Positions 1 to 18,112 of a stretch of 64,000 nucleotides of DNA are shown here, piece after piece. Made by a program: the position numbers and the translations under genes. Under the pieces are notes generated by a model. The model searched no databases. It saw only the letters and a list, made by a program, of their open reading frames with translations, and was not told where the DNA came from. The DNA is from the human T2T-CHM13v2.0 reference genome, Homo sapiens. Every line of letters begins with the position of its first letter. Within the stretch, counting starts at the first letter, position 1. The DNA is taken from NCBI RefSeq assembly GCF_009914755.1, contig NC_060929.1, one strand, 5' to 3'.

Positions 1-755
1 AATCCTGTGTTCTAGACTCAAACACCTTTTCCACACAGTAGACAGCTCTTCCAATTTTACAAAGACATTTCTGTACCATGCATAACGTCAAGCATAAAAT
101 ATGGAAGAAATTTATAAAAGCAATAACTAGTCCTTTTGAAGACTGAAGAAAAGCACAAATACATTACACATTTAGTCTCCCAAATGTTAATCTCATTGGA
201 GGCAAGAACTAAAACTTCAGAGCTTACTATGTATTCCCCGGTATTCAGCTAAGGAACTAGTGGAGTCTCCGGAGCCAGGTTTCACAGCTTTTACCCAACT
301 AAAGAATCTGCTTGGCTCCAACAACTATATCCTTTATATTATCTCCACAGAGGCAATGAAATCAAGAGAAGCACTAACTTTCAGAAATACGCAACTTTCA
401 GAAACATGCCATTCTTTACTTTCTGCTTAAACTAAAACTTAGCCCAACTAGCTTTCTAATATGCAAGTAGAAAAAGCAAAGGTTTTAGAATGGGATCAAC
501 CTACATCTGAATCTTGCTTTGCCACTTACAAGTTAACTGGCCAAATTAAATGAGCCTCCATTTCCTCCTGTGTAAATTAAAAACATTACCAAGGTTATAA
601 AAAAACTAAAGCATGAGGTACAATGTCTAGCATATAATGGACCCTCATAGAAAGCTCCTAATTTTTACCTAGAGGTTGAATTCAATGGCCAAATAAGATA
701 CAAATTACTTTAAAGCAACTGATGAATATGGCCTTAGTAGAGTCTAAAGTATCTT

Positions 756-1757
<1,002 letters not shown>

Positions 1758-1859
1758 ACAAACTCAGTAGCCCTGAGTTCCAGCCTAGTCTCTGAAAGGG
1801 ACTGGCAGTCATCATGTCTGTGCTCAATCTCAAGGTTTCATTTGGATGAAAATATAGCT

Positions 1860-2447
<588 letters not shown>

Positions 2448-2659
2448 CACTGTCTCCTGGATCCATCAGTAAACCCCAAAACTGCACAGGAAAGTGTGCA
2501 ATCAACATAAGTGCGAATTACAAAATATACTGGCAGGTCCATTTTTCCAGATTAAACTGTAAAAAAAAAAAGGAAATCCAACTAGTCAATCATTAGTCCA
2601 ATAATAATTCCTTGAATTGCTAAATTTTAGTGTTTTATTTCCTCAACATTTCCACAATT

Positions 2660-2913
2660 TTTTTTAAGACAGGGTCTCATTCTGTCACCCAGGCTGGACT
2701 GTGTGATCTTAGCTACTGTAACCTCCACCTCCAGGGCTCAAGAGATTCTCCCACCTCAGCCTCCCAAGTAGCTGGGACCACAGGCACAAGCCACCACGCC
2801 CAGCTAAGTTTTATATTTTTTTCGTAGAGACAGGGTTTCACCATGTTGCCCAGGATCCTCTGGAACTCCTGCGCTCAAGTGATCTGCCTGCCTTGGCCTC
2901 CCAAAGTGCTGGG
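2660..2913 (-). mobile_element. AluJ-like (reverse)
   Basis: Reverse-complement match to the Alu consensus. Confidence 0.88.
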
Positions 2914-2915
2914 CC

Positions 2916-3070
2916 CCTGTAATCCCAGCTACTCCGGAGGCTGAGGCAAGAGAATTGCTTCAGCCCGGGAGGCGGAGGTTGCAGTGAGCCGAGATCGCAT
3001 CACTGCACTCCAGCCTGTGCGGCAGAGCAAGACTCCGTCTTGGAAAAAATAAATAAATAAATAAATAATA
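2916..3070 (+). mobile_element. Alu right arm with (TAAA)n tail
   Basis: cctgtaatcccagctact...gcaagactccgtct. Confidence 0.88.
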
Positions 3071-3396
3071 GTAATAGGATCCTTTCACTTCAGAATATTC
3101 AAATGGAAAAGGTTCATATTAGGAATAGCTCCTCCAACAAAAGAAATTGCTGTTTCTAAGCACTGATAGCATGAGACCAAAACTCAATAGCAATTCTCCA
3201 CTAAAGAAAATTTTTTAAAAATAAAGCACTAACACAATGAGCACTTATCCATTCCATTTCCAAAAACAACTTACCTTCTGCACCTTCCTTTTGCAGATTT
3301 GAAATCCAGATTCTCACACAATCACTGGCCATCTCTTCTGTTTCATTCAACAGCATACACACCAGAGTGTCTCTTACTATTATATACATCAGTAGA

Positions 3397-4413
<1,017 letters not shown>

Positions 4414-5390
4414 CTAATAAGCCATTGCAAACAGGTGAGATACGATCAGAGCGTGTGCTGTTGCAGGAAACAGAATGGAAAGCCGTGAATGGGAGTCTCT
4501 GCACTTCATATCTGCAAAAGAAGAGAATAAAAAGGTTAACTCCAGACTTAGAACAGGTTCTCTTCCCCTGTTGAAAGCAGAGCCCAAAAACATTTTAAAT
4601 CAAAAAATGAAAATGTGGTTAAGCCAAATTTGTAGATGAACTCAACCTTCTTGTCCTTAATACATAAACTGAATCCCAGGTGTTAGAAGTTACTTGAACA
4701 TTTTTATGCTACACCACCTTGACATTAAAGGATTTTTTAAAAATCTCCAATCTCTTCTTTAAACTTTTCTTAAACTATCATTAAAATTAGCAAAATATGC
4801 TTCTCTGTTGAATGGTTAACCTAACGGGAATGACTTCTAACCGTAAGAATTACAGTTAAAAGGTTCATTTTAACAAATGCTCTTCCCCCTGTAAGGAGTG
4901 ACAGGTAACCTTTTGGGAACCCCAATGTACACACCCCTTTCTCCAATCCCGCTAAAGTTAAACGTTAGAGGACAGACAAGTGCCTCCTCGCAAGCAATGC
5001 CCCCCGCCCCCCCGTCCCCCCGTCCAACACTCCGTTCTCTGCAAAAATCCATCTGCATCTTGCATTAACCCACCCGCCCAGTGACGGTGACTCCAGGCCA
5101 AGTCGCAGAAGAAGACCAGGCGTGAGGGGTGAGACCTGTGAGCCCATCTGCACCTGCACCCTCCCACCTGGTGGCACACCTGCCCCGCAGGCGCCCACCT
5201 GGGGCCGGGACCGCCCTCTCCCGGTCTCGCGCGCCTGCCCCACTCGGAGCGCGCGCCACGCGCCGCGCAGGACCAGAGGGCGGGGCCCCGGGCAGCGGGG
5301 AAGCGAGGGCTCGGGGAGAGGGGGCCGCCCGGGCTCACTCCCTCCCTGGGGACCCAGCGGACCGGAGGGTGCTGGGGGCGGGCGCGGTAC

Positions 5391-5974
5391 CTTTTGGACA
5401 GATCCATGAGGACCCCGGAGAAGAGCTTCTCCCCGAAGCGGAACGACACGACAAGCGCGTCCTCAATGATGTGGTCCAGCGTGACCCGCACCTCCGAGCC
5501 CGGGATCAGTTGCGACACCGTGGAGTCCCCGCCCGCCGGCGGCACGAGCGCCGGGGCTACGGGCTGAGGCAGCGGCGGCTCCTCGCGCTCCTCGGGAGCC
5601 GGGGGCTGCTCCGGCGGCGATGCAGGAGAAGGTGGAAGTTCCGGCCCTCCCTGAGGCGCGGCTGCCGCCGACTCCGCCACCCGAACGGACAGTTTCTCCT
5701 CAGCCTCCAGCTCCGGCCCCACCGCCTCTGGGCTGCGGGCGAGCTCCCCCGGCGGCGGCGGTGGCGGCGGGAGCGGCGGCTCGTCGGCCTGAGGAGCGGA
5801 TTGCTGCCCGTCAGTCTCGCCATCCGGCACAGACGCTTCAGTGGCCGTGACCGGGAGGGGGTCAGTGCCGGCCTCACTGCCGGGGATGGGCTCCATCTCC
5901 GGCTCGGCCTCGCCGGCGCCCCCCTCCCCGGGGGACGCTGCAGTCGCTGCCGCCTCTGCAGCCACGGCCGCCAT
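5391..5974 (-). CDS. PWWP2A: PWWP domain-containing protein 2A, coding part of exon 1 (194 codons + 2 nt; Pro/Ala/Glu-rich N-terminus)
   Basis: The translation MAAVAAEAAATAASPGEGG...SEVRVTLDHIIEDALVVSFRFGEKLFSGVLMDLSKR is recognised as the PWWP2A N-terminus. The ATG (cat at 5972-5974) is in a strong Kozak context, AAAATGG. The exon ends at the donor AAAAG|GTACCG (GT at 5390-5389). Confidence 0.95.
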
Positions 5975-5978
5975 TTTC
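5967..5978 (-). promoter_or_regulatory. YY1 motif overlapping the start codon
   Basis: GCCGCCATTTT on plus, which reads AAAATGGCGGC on minus; this is the YY1 consensus. Confidence 0.7.
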
Positions 5979-6029
5979 TTCCTAGCTTCTCCCTCCTCCA
6001 ACTCCGGCTGCAGCGGCGGCGGCGACAGC

Positions 6030-6580
6030 GCTGCTTGGTTCCCTGGGCCTTCCCCTCCCTCCCGCGAACACTTTCGTCCCGCCCTTTCCCTGATGCTCGT
6101 TTCTGGCACCTCGCCATTGGTTGCATTCTACACCCCTCCCGCACTTTTGATATTCCATTGGCCAGGGATGGACGTCTATCATCTAGTCAGTCCATCCTTC
6201 CCACGCAGAGTAGGAACTTCTCATTGGCCAGATGTGTTGTCAAGTGTGGAATCTGAGTGGAGGAATAGGGGGCGGAATCAAAGGGGGCGGGGGAAGTCAC
6301 AAAAGAGGAGCCATATACTCATCGCCTCTTGCTATTGGCTGGAAGAGGAAATAAAGTTTTATGGTTGGCCTACGCTCCTGCCCATTATCAGCCAGGTCTT
6401 TGGAGGTGGGAGAAAGGATGGAATCATGTGGCGTGCCACTTCTTTCAAAGGCGGCCGAGGGGAGGAGTAACAAGGGAATGCGGGAGGGGAACCGCTTCCC
6501 AAGAATCTCTGCGCAGAGATCCTTAGAATAAATGTTATTTCTAGGCGCGGACTTCTTGCGGCCGCGTGTGGGCACGACAG
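6030..6580 (-). promoter_or_regulatory. TATA-less PWWP2A proximal promoter with 4 CCAAT boxes and Sp/KLF GC boxes
   Basis: ATTGG (CCAAT on minus) at 6116, 6157, 6223 and 6334. GGGGCGG boxes at about 6268-6275 and 6283-6293, and cccgccc at about 6078. Confidence 0.75.
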
Positions 6581-7663
6581 GCTTCTTTGGGAAAGACAAC
6601 TAAAGTTTGAAATACAATCCTACAGACACTTTTTGAGTGCCTACTATGCTAGTCACTGCACTAGGTGCTGGGGAATGGAATGTTCAAGACGTTCTCCATA
6701 ACCTCATAGCAGCGGGCTCCAGCGGCCATGAGGAGTACGAGGAGTATTTTCCTTGACTTCTAGGAGTATGATGAGTATTTTCCTTGACTTCTCTCCACTT
6801 CCTAGGAACAAAGCACCTATTTATTAATATTTCAGAAATAGGAAAATGCTCATGAAAGAAGAGAGACACCATCCTCACTGGATTAAACTGATGACTGTTC
6901 CAGGAAGGAGTCTTGAGACATTGCTGGACTGATATGTGAACACTGCTTGTTCTCTCCAAATCCACTTGCAAAGTGGACGCACCTGGTCCCTGCTAAAGCC
7001 TTTTTCTTTCCTGGCTTCTCCAATGCCACGAGAACAAAAGATCTCTCACTTCAGTGTCCTGACGCCCCTACTTCTCTTACTTCCACATCAAGTCTTTTCG
7101 TTTGTCATCTCTGGAAGAATCTACTGAACCTATTTCTCTCAAATGGCACCACAGAGTCAGCCTTTTTTCTGGGAGAATGCCTGCAGGAGAGAGGGTAGAA
7201 AAACTGCTAGCAATGAAAGTAAAAAAAATAAAGTCCTGAAGAATAATTACAGCTAGTGTCTTTTGAGTACCATGTACCAGGCACTAATACAAACACTATA
7301 GCATATCATCTCAATCCTTAAAATTTTGAGGCACAAAGAGGGTGCCCAAGGTTACTCGGCTGGTAAATTGCATAGTCAGAATTTCAGTTTTACATGGAAA
7401 AGACTGAAAATAGCAATAAACAAATATCACCATATGCTCTGCCTATTTCAAACCAAGTGGCTCGTGGGGAAAGGCCAGTAGAAGATCCCAATCAGGGAAG
7501 TTTCAGAATATCATTTAAAAATACAGAAAGAAACAAATGTACTTAGTGTTCATTTTGTACCAGAGATTTTCCCAAAACTCTCACTTAAAATCCTGTGACT
7601 TAAATCTTCTCCCTTTTTTACAGATGAGGAAGCCAAGCCTTAGCCATGTTAAACATCCTAAGC

Positions 7664-7965
<302 letters not shown>

Positions 7966-8582
7966 GATAATAAGATCTTAAGGGTCATACAGCTAGCTAG
8001 CAGCAGATCCTATCTAACCTGGGTCCTTCCAAGTACATGACTTTCACTCAATCATTCATTCATCAAAGAGTTATCTCCTTCAGGCTAGATACTTGCAGTA
8101 AGCAGATACAGATTCTGCCTTATAGGGTTTTCACCATAATATTTTGTCTACAGTTCACCATAATCAACTAATTAAACACAACATAGAGTCTATGAAATGC
8201 CTAGACCCTAAGGTCTCACATTGTATAATCTCCCACAGGGAGAAAAATATAGTTCGGGTCCTGGGACCTGATTACCTCTTGTAGTAATTCATTACAAGAT
8301 GCTGCAATGAGTAATTTACATTTCAGCTTCATAATAGATTGTGGCATACCAAGTCATTGTCCTAAGCCACCATTTCATTCTGTAACTCAAGAGCTTCTAC
8401 TGGCTCCCAATGCTCACATGGAGTGTACCTTCTTCTGCTTGGCTTTCAAAGCCCTCTCTGTGTTGTCACCTTACCTTTCAAGGTCTCTTTTCCACTACTC
8501 TTCAAGCCTCCTAATACTAGAAAGATTTGGTCTTATATTATTCATTCACTTATTCATTCATTCAACAAATAAATATTAAAGG

Positions 8583-8895
8583 GGCCGGGCGCGGTGGCTC
8601 ATGCCTGTAATCCTAGCACTTTGGGAGGCTGAGGCGGGTGGATTACCTGAGGTCAGGAGTTCAAGACTAGCCTGGCCAACATGGTGAAACCTTGTCTCTA
8701 CTAAAAATACAAAAAATTAGCCGAGTGCAGTGGCACGCACCTGTAATCCCAGCTACTCAGGAGACTGAGGCAGAAGAATCGCTTGAACCCAGGAGGCGGA
8801 GGTTATGGTTAGCCAAGATTGTGTCACTGCACTCCAGCCTGGGTGACAGAGCAAGACTTTGTCTCAAAAAAAATTAATAAATAATAAATAAATAT
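8583..8895 (+). mobile_element. AluSx-like, inserted in an L2 3' end
   Basis: Full Alu with TSD-like aaataaatattaaagg; the L2 tail ttcattcattcaacaaat lies upstream. Confidence 0.9.
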
Positions 8896-8964
8896 TAAAG
8901 GACTACTGTGTTTCAGTGACTGGACTAGTCAGGCAGAAGGCATGAAATAAAGAATACAAAAGAT

Positions 8965-9034
8965 ATCACTTGAGTTCAGGAGTTCAAGACCAGCCTGGGC
9001 AACACAGGGGTTTCACTGTGTTGCCCAGGCTGGT
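8965..9034. repeat. Alu fragment ending in a perfect 19-bp inverted repeat (8-nt loop)
   Basis: accagcctgggcaacacag (8989-9007) / ctgtgttgcccaggctggt (9016-9034). Confidence 0.9.
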
Positions 9035-9059
9035 GAATATATATATATACGAAAGATTT

Positions 9060-9470
9060 AGTAACTGCCCTCCTGAGGATTATTTTTCTAGTTGGGGAAC
9101 TGTAAAATGAGCATACAATGAATAAAAAGATGATCACAGATGTAAGCAATACCATGAGAGAAATAAACAGGGTGAGAGAATAGAAGTAGCTGGCAGAGGG
9201 GCTGAAGGGTGTCTCCTCTAGATAAGGTTGTCACAAAAGCCCTCTCTGAGGATTGGACATCTTAACTAAGATGCAAAGGAAAAGGCAACCAGCTATTGAT
9301 ATTGCTGGATGAACATTTGGATGAAAAGGAACAGCAATTGTTTGAAGTTCTGAGGCAAAAGAGGGCTTGGCTTGTTCCAGAAACAGAAGGAAGACCAATC
9401 TGGTTGAGGAATGAGCAAGAAGTTGAGTAGATGAGGTTGAAAAGGAAAACAGGACCCAAATCATGTTTTG
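9060..9470. mobile_element. L2 LINE fragments
   Basis: Degenerate L2 3'-region motifs (ctgccctc...ctagttgggga; gaaggaacagca...gcttggcttgttccagaaacagaaggaagacca). Confidence 0.6.
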
Positions 9471-9521
9471 TACTGCAGATACAAAAGCAAGGGATTCTGC
9501 CCTCAGGGAGCTCCAAATCTA

Positions 9522-9693
<172 letters not shown>

Positions 9694-9789
9694 AACCTGG
9701 CTTTTACATTTGCTTTTGTAATCTATTCACCTCTGCATTCAGCCTCCTCCTGGCATGGAATTGGTATGGAGGATGCCTTTGATATTTGT

Positions 9790-9925
9790 TTAATGGATGG
9801 CCACATGATATTTGTGGCTGACTAGGTGATTGGATGGATGGTTGATGGATTGGATGGATAGTTGGAGAACTGAACAGACGGTTGAATAGATGAATGGATG
9901 GTTGAATGAATAGATGAATGGCAGG
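9790..9925 (+). repeat. Degenerate (TGGA)n/(TGAA)n simple repeat
   Basis: tggatggatggttgatggattggatggata...gatgaatggatggttgaatgaatagatgaatgg. Confidence 0.75.
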
Positions 9926-10049
9926 GATAAGGAAACCAGCTGATTGCTGAAACAGATCCTCACTTTCATGAGCATACTTTCATCTCAAGCTCTGCAAGAT
10001 ACTATAATATGGTGGCTAAAATTCAGTTGAAGTAAATAAACCTGTAACT

Positions 10050-11342
<1,293 letters not shown>

Positions 11343-11395
11343 TTAACCTATTTCCTCATTTGTAAAACATCTTAATAATAACTACTTACCAATAG

Positions 11396-12079
<684 letters not shown>

Positions 12080-12431
12080 TAATTAGCGTAGACCTTCAAT
12101 TATAGCAAAAATAGTTCAATAGTTGTTAGCAACTAAGTCCAAAAACTCATTCTTGTATCTGTGGTTGATCATACTCAAGGGGTGCTGATCCTCAATAACC
12201 AAACTTGAGTAAGTCTAAGTAAAAACCCAAACACAAGGGTATTGGTCCCTGGAGAGGAATAACTATGGCTAAATATGGCTTAGTGGTTATCTCTGGGCCT
12301 GGTTTCTCAGGAAATAGAATTATAGACAGAAGATAACATGGGGAACATGGCCATCAAACCATAGGTGCTGAGTGAATTGCTCCTCGTGTTCTGGGCCTAT
12401 TTCTGACGAGGTAATCAATATTTCTCTTCTA

Positions 12432-12820
<389 letters not shown>

Positions 12821-12839
12821 TCATCTCTGCCTCTGCCTC

Positions 12840-12858
12840 TGTGTGTGTGTGTGTGTGT
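12840..12858 (+). repeat. (TG)n microsatellite
   Basis: Direct observation. Confidence 0.9.
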
Positions 12859-12940
12859 CAGTCAGTAGTTCTGAATGTATCATGTATAGGGGGAACTCTC
12901 TGAGAATCTGCTAAAAAGTTATTTTGTGCATATTATATGA

Positions 12941-13240
<300 letters not shown>

Positions 13241-13269
13241 GATACTATTTATATATGGTACAAAACCAA

Positions 13270-13492
13270 ACAAAACAAATTTATGCTGTTTGAAGTCGGG
13301 ATGGGGGTTACTCTTGATAGGAGATGAGGGGGAGCAGCACAGCTAGTGACGGAAAGAGAATATGAATGGTGCTTTCTGGGGTTCTGATAATTTCTGATTC
13401 TTGATCTGGGTACTGGATACACAAGTATGTTCAGCTTGTAATGATTCATCAAGCTCTGCACTTACGTGTACTTTTCTGTAAGTAAATTTATA
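13270..13492 (+). mobile_element. Old L1M(E) 3' UTR fragment
   Basis: ttctggggttctgataatttctgattcttgatctgggt...tgttcagcttgtaatgattcatcaagct is typical of L1ME/L1MC 3' ends. Confidence 0.65.
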
Positions 13493-13522
13493 TCAGTTAT
13501 CTATATCTGCTAGTGGTATTAG

Positions 13523-13897
<375 letters not shown>

Positions 13898-13991
13898 CAA
13901 AATCCTCTCTTTCAGTCTCTCACAAGGCTACATATCAAGGTGTCAGCTGGGGGTGTGGTTTCATCTGAAAGCTTAACTAGGGAAGGATCCA

Positions 13992-14435
13992 TATGATGAT
14001 TAATTTTACGTACCAGTTTGACTGAGCCAAGGGGTACCCAGATTAAACCATATTTCTGGGGTGTTGAGAGAATGTTTCTAGATGAGATTAGCATTTGAAT
14101 CAGTGGACTCAGTAAAGTGGATGGCCCTCAGCAGTGTGGGTGGGCATCATCCAATCTGTTGAGAGGCTGAATAGAGCAAAAGGCAGAGGAAGAAGGAATT
14201 CACTTCTTTTGCTGCCTGCCTGCCTGCCTGTTGGAGCTGGAACATTAGTCTGCTCCTGTCCTTGTACTGGGATGTACATCATCAACTCCCCAGATTCTCA
14301 GGCATTTGGACCTGGACTGGAATAACACCAGGCTTTCTTGGGTCCCCAGCTTGCACATGGCAGTTTACGCAACTTCTCAGCCTCCACAATCAAGTGATCC
14401 AATTCCTTATCATAAATTTCTTCCAAAATATTTAT
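13992..14435 (+). mobile_element. MLT2 (ERVL) LTR
   Basis: tgatgattaatttta...gactgagccaaggggtacccagat...gagattagcatttgaatcagtggactcagtaaag matches the MLT2 5' end. Confidence 0.8.
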
Positions 14436-14494
14436 ATTTGGGCATATGTATTTTGAAAGTCCATTTCCAAGGTAACTCACATTTTCATCTACAG

Positions 14495-14589
14495 CAAGCT
14501 TGTTCAACCAGCGGCCCATGGGCCACACGCAGCCTAACGCAAATTTGTAAACTTTCCTAAAACGTTATGAGATTTTTTTGTGGTGTTTT

Positions 14590-14620
<31 letters not shown>

Positions 14621-14720
14621 CGTTGTTCTTCAGCTTTTGTTAGTGTAGTGTATTTTATGTGTGGCCCAATTCTTCTTCTTCCAGTGTGGCCCAGGGAAGC
14701 CAAAAGATTGGACACCCCTG
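14495..14720 (-). mobile_element. MER30 hAT-Charlie DNA transposon with an internal (GTT)n repeat
   Basis: Termini caagcttgttcaacc ... aaaagattggacacccctg; 8-bp TSD-like atctacag/atttatag. Confidence 0.88.
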
Positions 14721-15094
14721 ATTTATAGGATTCAGTTCCTTGGTGGCTGTTGACCAGAGGCTGCCCTCAACTAATTGCCACATGGGTCTGCTCCATAGGA
14801 CAGCTCAAAACATGCAACTTGCTTTGTCAGAGTAAGCATACAAGAAGAGCCAGAGGAAAAATTGGTGTAAGCAAGAAAGAAGTCGCAGTATTTTGTCGTG
14901 TGATCTCAGAAGAGGCATCCCAGCACTTTTGCTGCACTCTGTTCAGAAGCAAGTCACCAGGTCCAGCTATTTACAAGGAGAGAGGATTCCACAAGGGCAT
15001 GTATGCCAAGAGGCAGGGATCACTGAGAGCAATTTCAGAAACTGATACCACACAACTTAAAAGTTTGAAGAAATGAAAACAAAAGATTTCAAAT

Positions 15095-15380
15095 GGGCTG
15101 GGCACGGTGACTCATGCTTGTAATCCCAGCACTTTGGGAGGCTGAGGCAGGCAGATCACCTCAGATCAGGAGTTCGAGACCAGCCTGGCCAACATGGTGA
15201 AACCCCATCTCTACTAAAAATGCAAAAATTAACCAGGCGTGGTGGTGGGCGCATGTAATCCCAGCTACTGAGAGGCTGAGGCAGGAGAACCGCTTGAACC
15301 CAGGAAGCAGAGGTTGTGGCGAGCCAAGATCACGCCATTACACTCCCGCCTGGGCAACAAGAGCGAAACTCCATCTCAAA

Positions 15381-15419
<39 letters not shown>

Positions 15420-15421
15420 AA
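15095..15421 (+). mobile_element. AluS with (TAAA)n tail
   Basis: Full Alu consensus. Confidence 0.92.
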
Positions 15422-15869
15422 CTTCCTGCTCTATATGGATACCACACATCCCTTACCACCTGCTTCTGATAACAGATTCTCACTTCACACCACAGGTGAA
15501 AGAGCCATCATATTACAAAGGTAAATTTCAATATTAAGGACAATCTCCATAATAAGAGCCAACATTAATCCAGCCATTTATGAGCACTATGTGTCAGGCA
15601 GAGACAGCCACCAGATGAGCTTGGGGGAATCAAGTAATAAAATGTGGGTCCTATCCTGAAACATTTTGCCCATAGTCTTCGGGTGTCCTTTCACACAGCT
15701 CCCCCTTTTTCTTTGTATATTCCTAACAATTCCCATGTCAACATAATTCCTCAAAAATTGACCCCACAGGCACCACTGTGGAGGGGGTGGTTCTAGGTGA
15801 ACCATTTGGTTTGCCTGGGACTGAGGGGTTTCCTGGCATGCAGGACTTTCAGTGTTAAAAGTGGGATGC

Positions 15870-16514
<645 letters not shown>

Positions 16515-16892
16515 TCATGCAATGTGTCTTGCAGAAATGAACACTAATCCTTGCAACAACCCAGCAAGGAACCGACGCCTCAGAGAGGTCAAAGAAAACT
16601 TTGAAAGCTGGAGATGGAGATTAGGATGGGACTAGGCCTGTCAGTCTCCAAAGAATGTACTCTTGGCAACTTTGATCTTTTGGCTATTTTTTTGTTTCCT
16701 TAGTCATCCCCTGGGACAGGATCCTTGGGCAAATGGCTTATTGGTGTGCATTTTTTGATCAAACCTTCTAGTTCCAAGCCCACAAGTCAAATCTGACCTT
16801 AGATTCTAAACATCCCTGATTGTACCCATCCCCTTAAAAAAAATTCTAGGAACATTTATTTACTTGACTTTCTTCTCAGCTATTAGATTGTT

Positions 16893-17172
16893 CTTTTTTT
16901 ATTTTATTTATTTATTTATTTTTGAGACAACGTCTCCCTCTGTCACCCAGGCTGGAGTGTGGTGGTGCGATCTTGGCTCACTGCAACCCCTGCCTCCCAG
17001 GGCCCAGGTGATTATCCCACCTCAGCATCCTGAGTAGCTGGGACTACAGGCACATATGACCATGCCTGGCTAATTTTTGTTTTTTTCTGTAGAGACAGGA
17101 TTTCACCATGTTGCCCAGGCTGGTCTCGAACTCCTGAGCTTAAGCAATCCACCTGCCTCTGCCTCCCTAAGT
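16893..17172 (-). mobile_element. AluJ-like (reverse, 5' truncated)
   Basis: Reverse Alu consensus. Confidence 0.88.
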
Positions 17173-17733
<561 letters not shown>

Positions 17734-17798
17734 TCATTTTGATAGAATTGCTTCTCTGCCATCACAGTTATTCTCTGTCTCAGTTTCCCTATCTGTAA

Positions 17799-18112
<314 letters not shown>

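Larger units (their letters stand above)
4990..6120. promoter_or_regulatory. CpG island over the PWWP2A promoter, exon 1 and start of intron 1
   Basis: Very high GC content and dense CpG dinucleotides compared with the CpG-depleted flanks. Confidence 0.93.

Noticed and set aside
5975-6109. 45-aa N-terminal extension from the GTG at 6109 in the ORF track
   Set aside because: The GTG lies next to the first CCAAT box and is probably upstream of the TSS. The recognised protein starts at the ATG at 5974.
5129-6256. 375-aa plus-strand ORF (and the overlapping 209-aa and 195-aa ORFs)
   Set aside because: These are antisense or alternative-frame shadows of the GC-rich PWWP2A exon. They have non-ATG starts, low-complexity Arg/Gly/Pro content and no recognisable domain.
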